A stretch of 41,359 nt of DNA from Octopus sinensis (taxonomy: Eukaryota), in NCBI RefSeq assembly GCF_006345805.1, contig NW_021835335.1:1-41359 (forward strand). Direction: 5' to 3'. Shown in pieces: positions 11,587-23,610 of the stretch. The position numbers were made by a program, and so were the translations under genes. The stretch's first letter is position 1. Each line of letters opens with the position of its first letter. The notes beneath the pieces were generated by a model. The model saw only the letters and a list, made by a program, of their open reading frames with translations, had not been told where the DNA came from and ran no database searches.

Positions 11587-11634
11587 GTCTCTGATGAAGG
11601 GATATCCCTAATATCTCAGAAACAGCTGTAAGAT
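11587..11634 (+). ncRNA. Minimal type I hammerhead ribozyme motif (Penelope-like), core intact
   Basis: GTCT-CTGATGA(11591-11597)-A-GGGATAT/ATATCTC (helix II)-A-GAAA(11619-11622)-C-AGCT-GTA(11628-11630)-AGAT; helix I GTCT/AGAT and palindromic CAGCTG helix III. Confidence 0.72.
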
Positions 11635-11686
11635 CGAGATAGATGGAGTTAAATGTAGTCTTGGTTACTCAAGGTCTAATTTGGTG

Positions 11687-11732
11687 TAGCTTTCGACGGA
11701 TAACAGCCACAATGGGTTATGTCTCGTATAGC
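11687..11732 (-). ncRNA. Second, degenerate hammerhead-like motif on the opposite strand
   Basis: On the - strand: GCTATACGA-GAC-ATAAC-CCA..TGG-GTTAT-GTC-GAAAGCTA; long helix II and GAAA-GC-TA retained, CUGANGA box eroded. Confidence 0.4.
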
Positions 11733-11944
11733 ATCCAATTCAAACAAAACTGGAATATATAGAGTTCATGTTCTGGTAGCAGAAGAGCCCTGTACCCAAG
11801 TTCGAATGAAAGTAGCAGATTGGAGTTGCTGTTGTTTCGACCAGGGTCAGCTCTGACTGAGCAAATTTATTAGCAGCAGTGAAAATCTCCTTTCTAATAC
11901 AGCCATAATATATCTTAGACATCAGGTGCTCTATTTACAATATC

Positions 11945-12110
11945 TACTGCGGCCATGCTGGAGCACCATCTTTGTAACCTCTAATTATACAAAATGTCAG
12001 GATGTCGAGTCTATAGTAGAAAACATTTACCCAAGGTGCCTCGCAGTGGGAATGAACCTGAAACCATGTGTGGTCGGTAAGTAAGCTACTACACAGCCAC
12101 TCCTGCGCCT
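11945..12110 (-). mobile_element. SINE family A, internally deleted copy
   Basis: Tail fragment at 11945-11971 and head at 12010-12110 match family A. Confidence 0.8.
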
Positions 12111-12155
12111 ATGTATATATATATATATATATTATTATACACACACCAGACACAC

Positions 12156-12234
<79 letters not shown>

Positions 12235-12239
12235 ATATA

Positions 12240-12271
<32 letters not shown>

Positions 12272-12349
12272 ACATAGATACATACATGTGTGTGTGTTGT
12301 GTAGGTTTTTGTGCGTGTGCGTGCGTGTGTGTATCCATGCATATGTTTC

Positions 12350-12600
12350 TAGTTTCTAGCGAAGGAGATCACTGGAGATTTCTTCCTTGTTTCTCCAGTT
12401 GTGTCGAGCTTAACTTGTTCTTCTTTCTCTGATTTCCTTGGTGATGTTTGGAATAGTGCCATGCAGTCGCTGTTATGCAGCATGTTGCTAGCTGCTAAGA
12501 TAGATTGAGAACTGCACGAATCATTCACGTGCTTGCACTGTCATACTTCTTTTCAAATCTCTCGTTTGGTGTCCCTGTTGTAGAGCGGTAGAAAAGCACT
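12350..12600 (-). mobile_element. RTE-clade LINE ORF2 C-terminal fragment, decayed
   Basis: Translated pieces EKKYDSAST*MIRAVLNLS, IPNITKEIRERRT and NWRNKEEISSDLL match the RTE C-terminal pattern (TRMLRAVLN.SW / IP.I...IRERR.R.AGH.WR.KEE..SD.L). Confidence 0.7.
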
Positions 12601-12673
12601 GAGCAATGACTGCCCTCCACCGCCTTCATGTTGTCAGGGATATACACGTTATACTATTCACGGCTAATATCTT

Positions 12674-12965
12674 GTAGATATTGTAGATAGAGCATCAGGT
12701 GCTCTATCAACAATATCTACTGCGGCCATGCTGGAGCACCGCATTTAGTCGAACAAATCGACCCCAGGACTTATTGGTTTGTATGCCTAGTAGTTATACT
12801 ATCGGTATCTTTTGTCGAACTGCTGAGTTACGGGGATGTAAACACACCAGCATCAGTTGTCAATCGATAGTGGTGGGGACAAACACAGACGCACAAAACA
12901 ACATATTACATACTACATACATACATACATACATACATACATACATAACATAATAAACATACATA

Positions 12966-12999
<34 letters not shown>

Positions 13000-13055
13000 G
13001 ACGAGCTTCTTTCAGTTTCCCTTTTACCAATCTACTCACCAGGCTTTGGTCGGTT
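12674..13055 (-). mobile_element. SINE family A, 5'-truncated, ending in a 21 bp-stem hairpin (12674-12720)
   Basis: Body matches family A; GTAGATATTGTAGATAGAGCA-TCAGG-TGCTCTATCAACAATATCTAC directly abuts TGCGGCCATGCTGGAGC. Confidence 0.85.
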
Positions 13056-13094
13056 GAAATATTAGCTAAAATGTTAACAAAGCACTATGAAATA

Positions 13095-13545
13095 TTGATT
13101 TCAAGTTTTGGCACAAGGCCAGCAGTTTGGAAGGGAGAAAGGAATGAATCGATTATATTGGCTCAATGTGGAACTGGTAACCTATTTTATTGATCCCGAA
13201 AGGATGAAGGACAAAGTCTACCTCAGCGGAATTTGAACCCAGAACGTAAAGACGGACGAAATGCCGCTAAGCATTATGACTGATGTGCTAATAATGATTC
13301 TACTTGCTTGTCATCTTCCTATATTACCTAAATATTTATTTCAAATTTTGGCACAAGGCCAGCAATTTCGGGGGAGGGGTAAGTCAATTACATCGACTCC
13401 AGTGTTGAACTGGTACTTGTTTTATCAACCACGAAATGATAAAAGACAAAACTAGCTTTGGCGGAATTTGAACACAGGCCAAAGATAGGCGAAATTCCAC
13501 TAAGAGCCTTGCCTGCCGTGCTATCGATCCGCCAGCTCGCCGCCT
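13095..13545 (-). mobile_element. Two diverged head-to-tail SINE family B copies
   Basis: Two copies of the ATCGACCCC..GAAAGGATGAA..GCGGAATTTGAAC core, with heads at about 13315 and 13545. Confidence 0.8.
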
Positions 13546-14624
13546 TATAGTACCTAAATATTGAGTCATTTTCATAGTTTCCAAAAAATGTTGTAGCTAT
13601 TGTTTACTTAGTTTCAGATCGACCCAGAACGCTCATCAAAGAATTTCCATCAGTGAAACTCCAATAATTTTGTCTGTCAACATCTTCATCATTTAATGTT
13701 ACGTTTGTAAAAAGACAATAGGATGTGATTTAGGAAAGATTTCTGGAAGATCTTGAAGAACATCATTCAAAGTTTAATTCAATATAGGTAAAAGTAAGTG
13801 AAAACTACTTATGTTGTGAGAGATACAGAGAAAAGTGCAAGTTCTGAAGTGCGATGCAGTTATAATTCTGGTACAAGAAAATGACAATATAACTCACCAC
13901 AAATCCGAAGTAGAACAATGCGCTTACGCCTTTCGTTAAGCCTAACATTTTATACATATGCCGCTATACACACATATACACATATACGTGTGTCGTTACT
14001 GTCCTGTTTTTGTTACCATTTTACCCCTCCGCAAAAATATCTGAAATTTTATTTAATTTCCTTTTCGCGGGAAGGAAAGTTCCTATCGAAGATGCGTATC
14101 GCCTTCACCTTCGAAACGCAGAGTAGATGAAACCATGGCGACTGAAGAAGGAGAATTTTCCTTGTGTTATTTGTCCTGTACTCTATTTTTTCGTTGTTTA
14201 AGAATAATGTCCAGTTCTCTGGTTTTGTGTTTATGTTTTCGTTTCTCATTGTGTTCGGCGTTTTTTTGGTGTCCTGTACCCATATATGTATGTATATATA
14301 CATGTAGAGGTAGGTACGTACATATATGTATGTATATATGCATATATTTTATTTATTAATTTATTATATATATACATGTATGTACGTATGAATGTATGAC
14401 CAATGACTTACATACAAACTGAACAATTATTTAATACGTACATAGTACATACGTATGTATGTATGTATGTATGTATGTATGTATGTATGTATGTATGTAT
14501 GTATGTATGTATGTATGTATGTATGTATGCATGCATGTATGTATGGGTGTACGTATGTATGAATGTATGTATGCATGCATGTATGTATCTATCTGTGTAT
14601 ACACATTTAGTATGATACACAGAT

Positions 14625-14671
<47 letters not shown>

Positions 14672-14769
14672 TCAATATAGGGTGGCAGAAAAAATTTTGT
14701 AGAATTCTTTTTGCCACCAGCGGCCTAGGGGAAAAAAATTAAATAGTCATAGACCATTTTAAGTTCAAC

Positions 14770-15004
14770 ATCAACAATCAAGAACGGCCATGATAGGCCA
14801 TTCACCCACTAGAAATAACAGCCAAAGCTTCAACCGCAAATAAGATTAATTCCGTAAACAGGAGAAAATTAAAAAATTTTTAAAAATTTACAGGGTAAAT
14901 GTTTTTAAATTTTCTCTGTTTACGGAATTAATCTTTATTGCGGTTGAAGCTTTGGCTGTTATTTCTAGTGGGTGAATGGCCTATCATGGCCGTTCCTTGA
15001 TTGT

Positions 15005-15008
<4 letters not shown>
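14770..15008. repeat. Near-perfect palindrome, ~105 bp arms (14770-14875 and 14902-15008)
   Basis: Arms are reverse complements differing only in homopolymer run lengths; the spacer contains ATTTAC-AGG-GTAAAT. Confidence 0.92.
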
Positions 15009-15038
<30 letters not shown>

Positions 15039-15268
15039 ACACGCAACATACACACTTAGGCAGATATACATATATATCCATATACACACACATGTACACA
15101 CATATATATCTATGTGTATACGCATGTACATATATGTTTATATATATGTATATGTATATATGTGTTTATATTATGTATACATATAAAATATGCATACGTA
15201 AATATGAATAGATGTATGAATACGTTTTTAGATATACGTACGTATATCTGTCTGTCCGTATATATATA

Positions 15269-15336
<68 letters not shown>

Positions 15337-16220
15337 ATATGTATATATCGTATACATTTATCTATCTATCTAACTATCTATCCATCTATACACACACACA
15401 CACACATATATATATACACACACACACACACAAACACATACAGACACAGAAATAAATGTTGACGTTATCAGCAGATGTCACTCCGACGCTACACGCCAAA
15501 TTAATGTTGCTGTAACAAATTCATACATAAATAAACACCTCACAAGGTTGACATTAAACACGAATCGGAGAAATAATGTCACAGACGTTGTTAATGCCCA
15601 TAAAAATCATCTTATTAGTTCAATACGCATTCTGCACTTTTTTCTTTTTCCTTTATACGAAAAAAAAATGATAAAAAACAAAAAAGAAACAACAAAACAA
15701 ATACAAAGCAAAAACCCAACAGAATCGGTATATATATCTGTTCGCCATTTTTGTTTGATAAATTGAATAAAGGAATCAAAATACGCTAGTATGATATATC
15801 TTATATGGCCACCCACTCCAGTGAAAAAGAAAATAAATAGAATAAATAGAATAGAGATTTTCTTTGAAGCGCCTAAAATAATACACGCCAAAGAGACATT
15901 TTATGCTAGAAGTGATCTGCTAAAGTGCCAAAGGGGGTTGTCTTTGAGGAAATGATTCTGTATGGCGGTCAAGAAGTCACTGAAACTATGCATAGGTGTA
16001 CACATGAATACACACACGTATACAGACACGCACACACACGCATACACGCACACATATGCATACATGCCCGCATATGCCCACACGAATACACACATGTATA
16101 TATGCAACATACACACACACACATATATTCATATGAAAGCAATTATACACAACCATGTAGTATATATGTTCTTATAGATATATATATGCTACATACACAC
16201 ACATATATATATATATTATA

Positions 16221-16263
<43 letters not shown>

Positions 16264-16332
16264 ATATATATATGAATGATATATGATATTATATATGATA
16301 TATGATATGATATATATAATATATATATATAT

Positions 16333-16377
<45 letters not shown>

Positions 16378-16397
16378 TGTATATATTCCTTTATTTA

Positions 16398-16975
16398 TAC
16401 GAGGTCTGATCAATAAGTGTCGAGACTGTTGCCAAAGTAACAAAGCTAGAGCATGCAGAGTGAAGCCACCTGGTCAAAATTGACCGTGAATACTGCTATG
16501 CATGCACACTAAGTTTTAACTTTCTAGCTCAATTCTGCAATGTTTGGAAGGAACGTGTGTAGCTTGTGCTATTCGCATTGACCATGACAAAGAAAGCTGT
16601 CATGGCGATACCTGCTCAGAGGACTACGTAAAGTTGCAGAAAGTGTATGGAGTGGGGTGTATGAGCAGCACACAAGTGTACGAGTGTTTCAGATGTTTCC
16701 AAGATAGCCGCAACCAGGAGAACTGAGAAAAACGTCGCAGATGTGAGTGCAGCTGTGAGGGGAAATCGTCGTATCACCATCCGTGAGTTATCAGAATATG
16801 CGTAGAATAGTTACGGCTCAGTTCAGTCCATTATCACTGAAGATTTGGGTATGAGATGCGTGCCTGTCAAGTTTGTGCAAAACTGCTTTCAGCTGACTAA
16901 AAAGACACTCGGGTTTCAGTTGTACAAGATCTTCTTGATTGTGTCATGTAATCATAATTGACTGATCTTCCTGTA
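16398..16975 (+). mobile_element. Mariner (Tc1/mariner) transposon fossil: 5' TIR plus N-terminal transposase
   Basis: TA-flanked TIR TACGAGGTCTGATCAATAAG; translated pieces KLQKVYGVGCMSSTQVYECFRCFQD, NRRITIREL, SYGSVQSIITEDLGM and VPVKFV are typical of the mariner HTH region. Right end poorly defined. Confidence 0.85.
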
Positions 16976-17348
16976 CTTTCTTTTACTCAGCTTTTCAGCA
17001 CCATCTCTTGCAGTCGCTTCTCCGTCGAATTTTGACGTATTCAGTGTTCAGCTAAGTGAAACGTGTGAGATTCAAGTGGGTGTCTGTGTCTGCTAGCACA
17101 TATATAGACACGTCAAAGAAGAGCGAAAATCATAGCGCAATTAGAGGGGAAGACCCAGTGAAAGACAGATAAATGATGAGGGCAGCAGAACTGAGAAGCT
17201 CGGAGTCAGGAATCTGCAATTTGGACAACAGAAATGTCATCTGCAATGGAAAACGTTCATCTTCAACAATGTTAAGTCGAACCGCTTGAAAATTGTCTGA
17301 GACTGGGGAGAAAGAAAGTTGGCAGAATTCTGTCTATTGGTATTCAAA

Positions 17349-17581
17349 AGGCGGCGAGCTGGCAGAATCGTTAGCACGTCGAACGAAATGCTTAGCGGTA
17401 TTTCGCCTGCCATTACGTTCTGAGTTCAAATTCCGCCGAGGTCGACTTTGCCTTTCATCCTTTCGGGGTCGATAAATTAAGTACCAGTTATGCACTGGGG
17501 TCGATGTAATCGACTTAATACCTATGTCTGTCCTTGTTTGTCCCCTCTATGTTTAGCCCCTTGTGGGTAATAAACAAATAT
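17349..17581 (+). mobile_element. SINE family B, full length, 11 bp TSD GTATTCAAAAG (17340-17350 and 17582-17592)
   Basis: Head GGCGGCGAGCTGGCAGAA, B-box GAGTTCAAATTCC, core GCCTTTCATCCTTTCGGGGTCGATAAATTAAGTACCAG, tail CCCCTTGTGGGTAATAAA; TSD read directly. Confidence 0.93.
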
Positions 17582-17587
17582 GTATTC

Positions 17588-18140
17588 AAAAGCCTGGATG
17601 CAAGGAATCTGAAAATTCTTGAGGTACAACGTACACTTGTACTGAACGAGAATAGTATTCTCCGCTCGACACTCCATCAGTGTTTTAAGTACCATGCGCA
17701 CAAGTTGCATGAACGTTCTTAAATGTAACACGTACAATTTTCTTAAGAATCTACAAAACTGCCGCGGTCTCGTTCGTTGTTTCCAACCACAAGAATGCTA
17801 AAAAGTTTGATGAAAATGACGCGAAGATACAACGGCTGTTATCCAATAAACGAAGACACCATCACAGTGTTTCAAATGGAAGAAGTACACGGCATGTCAC
17901 CAGTCGACTTGTTACAAAAGAAAATGTTATTATATCAAGGCCGATGGTGAAGAAGACGAAATTCAGGTCGTTATTGATTCTTACAATGCGAAAGCCTTCC
18001 ATGTCAGCCGAAGAAGGTTTACGCTTCCTAAAGGTGGTAACATGCTATTAAAGTTTAAGAGTAGTTCACACTTCTACACAGAGAAGAGTGACATTTTCAA
18101 GCGTTGGAATATTTTATCGAGCTACTAAATCTGTTCTCAA
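17588..18140 (+). mobile_element. RTE-clade LINE ORF2 fragment (endonuclease-RT linker), decayed
   Basis: KSLDARNLKILEVQ, KFDENDAKIQRLL (cf. WFDEND.EI..LL), DEIQVVIDSYNAKAFH, TEKSDIFKRW. Confidence 0.75.
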
Positions 18141-18235
18141 CAACTTCTTGCGCGGTTTTGGAATACATCTGATAGCTTTCACAAGATAGCAGAATATTCT
18201 ATCAAAACTACTGTTTAGGTGAGTGTAAAAATATT

Positions 18236-18394
18236 GCAGGATTGGCCGTGTGGTAAGAAGCTTGCTTCCCAACCACACGGTTCCGGGGTCAGTCCCACTG
18301 CGTGGCAGCTTGGGTAGGTGTCTTCTACTATAGCCTCGGGCCGACGAAAGTCTTGTGAGTAGATTTGGTAAATGGAAACTGAAAGGAGCCCGTC

Positions 18395-18436
<42 letters not shown>

Positions 18437-18558
18437 ATATATATATATACACACATATATATTTGCATGTATGTATTTGTGTGTCTGTGTTTGACCCCCC
18501 ACCATCGCTTGACAGCGATGTTGGTGTGTTTACGTCCTCGTAACTTACCAGTTCGGCT
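18236..18558 (+). mobile_element. SINE family A lacking its tail, inserted in the RTE fossil
   Basis: Head, internal (TA)n and body co-linear with the other family A copies. Confidence 0.88.
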
Positions 18559-18559
18559 A

Positions 18560-18900
18560 ATGCACTGTCATTTACGTAATTTAAAATGAACATTTCGTAG
18601 CGATACCACTTCCGTAATCAGGTAGTGAAGTAGATCGCAAAGATTCTCCAGTATTGAATCTTTCTTACTAAAATTACATTTATACTTGGTAGGACGCGTA
18701 ATTCACATGAAAGATACCAGGATTCTCAAAGCCGTGCTCTGCCGTGAGTTGAAGTACAGAAACAGTGAAAGAAAGCGCTAGAAACACCGTTGTAAGAATT
18801 GCAGCTAATGACCTCAATGTGTAAGGCTCCAGTCATTGGGTCAACTGAATTTATTGGAATTACCAGACGAAGAGGCTGCGTATTCCACAGAAACTTGTAT
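18560..18900 (+). mobile_element. RTE-clade LINE ORF2 C-terminal fragment
   Basis: SIESFLLKLHLYLVGRVIHMKDTRILKAVLCREL matches the RTE pattern SI...L...LRWAGHV.RM.D.R.PK..LYGEL. Confidence 0.7.
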
Positions 18901-19284
18901 ACTTGAGGTGATTCTTTGGTAGAATCAGTGAAATACTTCGACAAAGCTGTAACATCTTAGTTACAATTACAGTTAATCTGCTGGGTTTCGATACAGCTTC
19001 CCTCTACTCGATTTCATTCAGAATTCTTGAGTAAGCCACGATTTTAGAGTAAAGACACTTGCTCAAAATGCCCAGCTGTGGGATTGAAATCGAGGCTTTA
19101 TGCTTACGAAGCAAACTGGCGAAAATCCTCGTCAATTTGAGTTTACATACACACATATACATACATACATACATACATACAAAGACACACACACGTGTAT
19201 GCACACACATACACAAACACACACGCTGACACATAGCACAGAGGGGTGGTGATATGTATGTATAAATGTATGTATGCATGTAAG

Positions 19285-19319
<35 letters not shown>

Positions 19320-19338
19320 TATATATGTGTGTATATTA

Positions 19339-19391
<53 letters not shown>

Positions 19392-20154
19392 AGATTATTT
19401 TACTATTAAATGTCACAATTCTGTAGCTTTAGCCAAGGAAGTGTTTATCTACATTAAATTTTTCTTAATACAATCTGTAAAACGTGGATGGATATAGGTT
19501 AATAGGAAATAAATAGGAACAACAAGTAAAAAATAACGACAAAATACAAATAAAAAAATTAATAGAATAAGAAATATGACTAATTTGTAAGATTTGAAAG
19601 GCAATTATTTTTCCATTGGATTTATTTTAGTAGCGTAACCAGGAAGTAATCTCTGTAGGTTACCGCCATTTTTTCTCTTTGTTTGAAAATAATATATGAT
19701 ATTTGTTTTTGTGATGTCTCTGTTGTTTGTTGGTGTTGTTTTTTACCCTTAGGTCAGTCCCGATCGAATAAAATTATGATCAAAGTTGTTCCATATAACA
19801 TTGTCTTCGATGTGTATTTTGGACTGTATAAATACAACGTGAAATAGGTCTATGTTTGAAAGACGTTGTTTTCTATTTCATACAAGTTCTTCGTTTTCTC
19901 AGAAACAGACGATGTTTACCTTGTTCTTTATTTTACTTTCGTGTTTAATTTATTCTATAGTGTGTTTATTTATTTATTTATCTATCCATTTATTGTTTAT
20001 TTTCTAAACTTTCAAACTGTATAAGTAGCTTAACTATTTAAAGATGGGCACTTATTAAAATTCAAACTTGGAAATATTATATCAAAGAAGTGTGCACCGT
20101 GATAGCCTTTTAATGAAATGCTCTGTCTCTTATATTTAAAACAGATCTTTAAGA

Positions 20155-21052
20155 TGATGAGCTGGAAAAATCGTTAGCATGCCGGATAAAATGCTTGTTG
20201 CATTTCGTCCGGTTTTGTGTTCTGAATCAAAATGTTACCTAGATCAGTTTTGCATTTTATCCTTTCAGGGTCGGTGAAATAAGTATCACTTTAGTCCTAG
20301 GGTCTTTCACCCTTTCGGTATGTAATAAACTAGTCTTTTCCCCCCAAAATTCAGGCTTTGTGCCTAAGTAAAGATTGATTCTCGGTTGGAAACTGTAATT
20401 TGGGTGATAAATCATATTCGGTTTCTGTATTTTAAGCGTTTGGCTAAGAGAGGGCTCACTGAAAGCAGGTTAATAATTATTTCAAATTTAGGGAAAAGAC
20501 CAGCAATTTTGAGACGTGTGGAATTATCGAGACCGGTACATGACTGGAACTTTACTTTATCGACCCCAAAAGGATGAAAGGCAATATTGATCGTAGTGTG
20601 ATTTGAATATAGACCATAAAGAGCAAGAAGAATTAACGCAAGCTATTTTCCCAACAGTTTAACGATTCTACTGGCTCACTGCCTTAAAGAGCTTAATAAC
20701 TCGTCACAATTTTCGCACAAGGACAGCAATACTGAAGTTGGGGCAAGTCGATTCTATCGACCCCTGTAGTTGACCTACTTTATTTTATCGACCTTGAAAA
20801 ATGAAAAGCAATACTGGTCTCAGTGGCATTTGAAGTCAGAACGTAAAGCACAAGAAATTCCGCTAAACATTTTATCCGTCACGCTAACGATTCTGACCAC
20901 AGTGCTCAACAGGTACATATTTTTGTGACCCTAAAAAGGGATAGAAAGCAAAGTAGGCCTCGGCGGAATTTGAACTCTGAACGTAAACACATAAGAAATG
21001 TCGTTAAGCATTTTGTCCGGCGTGCTAACGATTCTGCCAGCTCACTGCCTTT
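20155..21052. mobile_element. Cluster of diverged SINE B copies (20155-20385 +; three tandem - copies at 20510-21052)
   Basis: Repeated ATCGACC..AAA(G)GATGAAAGGCAA core and GAGCTGGCAGAATCGTTAGC-type heads. Confidence 0.8.
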
Positions 21053-21345
21053 ATAACCCAAGTAATATAAGCCGGTTATGAAAAAATAAACGTACAAGTG
21101 TGTACACCATTTGCAATATGTATACGAACGTGAAACGGCAGTAGGTATAATATTTTGTCTCTGAAAAGAAAATTCCCAAAGAGACTTTTGTGCTATAAAC
21201 TCAAAACTTAGCTCAGAACGTGGGTGGATGGCCAGACTCCAAGTTTTGACTTAATTTGGCCTCCTCAGTGACAAATAGATGTGTTTTTTTAGACCATAGG
21301 TAAAGTAATCTAGAGACTGAAAAAAAAGGGCAGTTGTAGCTTATA

Positions 21346-21563
21346 GGTGCAGGTGTAGCTTATAGGCATAAGCATGATAATGTGGTTAGAAGTTTGCTTC
21401 TCAATCACATGGATTCGAGTTCAGTTCCTTTGCACGGCACCTGGGTAAGTGTCTTCTAATATAGCCACGAGCCGACCCGACTAAATACTAATGGGTGGAT
21501 TCAGTAGACGAAAATTGAAAAAAGCCGACATATATACATATATATATATATATATATATTAAT

Positions 21564-21610
<47 letters not shown>

Positions 21611-21855
21611 TATATTTATGTTTGTGTGTGTCTGTTTGTCTATTTGTATTAGTGTTTGTCCCCACCCTCGCTTGACGACTGGCGTTGGTTTCTTTACGTC
21701 CCCGGGAACGTAGGGACTTGGTATAAGAGATCGATAGAATGATTACCAGGTTCTAAAAACATGTACTGGGTGGATTTATTCGCCAAAAAAGCCTCCAAAG
21801 CAGTGCCTCAGCATGGCCTCTGTCCATAGGCTAAAGCAAACAAAACATAAAAGAT
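21346..21855 (+). mobile_element. Diverged SINE family A copy
   Basis: Head, (TA)n, body and tail GCAGTGCCTCAGCATGGCC are recognisable. Confidence 0.8.
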
Positions 21856-22464
21856 GAAGACATGTCTTCGTAAACAAATTAGAATTATTATGAAATTTGG
21901 GTGTATCGGAGCTAAGTTTAGTATTTAATAACCGAATTACAAATGATAATGAAGCAGTAATATCTGAAGTCTTATGTGGGAAATTAATAACACACCGAGG
22001 ACATAACGTTTTGCTTAGAATTTTCTGTTTACCGAGTTCCAATTAAAGCAAAGTGTTTGGTTAGGGAAGTAATTAACTGCATTAAAATGTTATGGAAATC
22101 TTAGGCAAAGAGCTAATAAATGGATGTTTAGGCAAATTTTAAAATAATTTTGGGTATTAAGAAACAAGAAAGGACAGAAAAAAAAACAAAACAAGAACGG
22201 TAGCTGATCGTAAAGTAAAACGAATATAATAAGCTGATAAGTATTAGGTTTCACTGATTTAATAAATAAATAGGTAGATGCTTAAAGTTTTATAAAAGAG
22301 AAAAATAAAAATGAAGTTAGATAAGTGTAAAGTATACAAGAAAATGAAATGAAGTGATATGAGGTGAAGAAAGCTGGAAGCTGGAAGGGGTTAATTAATT
22401 TAAAAGAATTTATCGATCGGTTTATTAGATAAATTAAAAGATAAAATTAAATAGGAAGTGCCAT

Positions 22465-22471
22465 ACATACA

Positions 22472-22513
<42 letters not shown>

Positions 22514-22653
22514 AGTATGTATGTATGTATGTATGTATGTATGTATGTATGTATGTATGTATGTATCTATCGATCTATCTATCTATCTATGCATGTATGT
22601 ATGTATGTATGTATGTATGTATGTATGTATGTATGTATGTATATGTATGTATG

Positions 22654-22700
<47 letters not shown>

Positions 22701-22716
22701 ATATCTATCTATCTAT
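22465..22716. repeat. Compound (ATCT)n/(GTAT)n microsatellite
   Basis: Direct inspection. Confidence 0.97.
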
Positions 22717-23040
22717 CGCATATCTTGCTGCTTCCAGTATAGTGGTTTGGTCAGTAGTATACATAGTAGTATTATTGTTTATGGTATACAGAGAAAATGG
22801 ATGATAAATTATGATAAACATTAGTTTATATATTTTCTTATGCCTAAGGAAAGTTATTTCGCTAATATTTATAACACACGCTCTACCAAGACATAACAAA
22901 ATTTGTTTACACACGTGAATTCACAAAAAATATCTTGCAAACCAGATACATAAGAAAGTTTATATAAATTGTTCCCTTCATAGGTTTCATCCCTTCATAG
23001 GTTCGCTGCTTCGGCATGGCTGTTCCAGTGTATCCATAAA

Positions 23041-23453
23041 GGCGTAGGAGTGGCTGTGTGGTAAGTAGCTTGCTTACCAACCACATGATTGTGGGTTCAG
23101 TCCCACTAAGTGGCATCTTGAGCAAGTGTCTTCTACTATAGCCTCGGGCCGACCAAAGCCTTGTGAGTGGATTTGGTAGACGGAAACTGAAAGAAGCTCG
23201 TCGTATATATGTACGCATATATATGTATGTGTGTGTATATGTTGTGTGTCTGTGTTTGTCCCCCCAACTTCGCTTGACAATCGATGGTGGTGTGTATACG
23301 TCCCCGTAACTTAGCGGTTCGGCAAAATAGACCGATAGAATAAGTACTGGGCTTACAAAGATTAAGTCCCGGAGTCGATTTGCTCGACTAAAGGCGGTGC
23401 TCCAGCATGGCCACACTCAAATGACTGAAACAAGTGAAAATGTAAAAGAGAGT
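23041..23453 (+). mobile_element. SINE family A, full length
   Basis: GGCGTAGGAGTGGCTGTGTGGTAAG...GGCGGTGCTCCAGCATGGCCACACTCAAATGACTGAAACAAG. Confidence 0.93.
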
Positions 23454-23610
23454 AACTACACTTACGATCATCTTAATTTGTCCTATATGGATGTGTGTAT
23501 GTATTTGTGTACGTATATATGTATGTACATATAGATATTTGTGTGTATGAGTGTGTGTGTGTACGTGTGTGTGTATGTGAGTCGCTTAGTAGGTAGGACA
23601 TTGCCGTCAA

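Noticed and set aside
14080-14150. Hammerhead-like TCGAAGA...CGAAAC and a downstream CTGAAGA
   Set aside because: Helix II does not close, no NUH triplet is in register, and the second box has no GAAA partner; at most a PLE relic.
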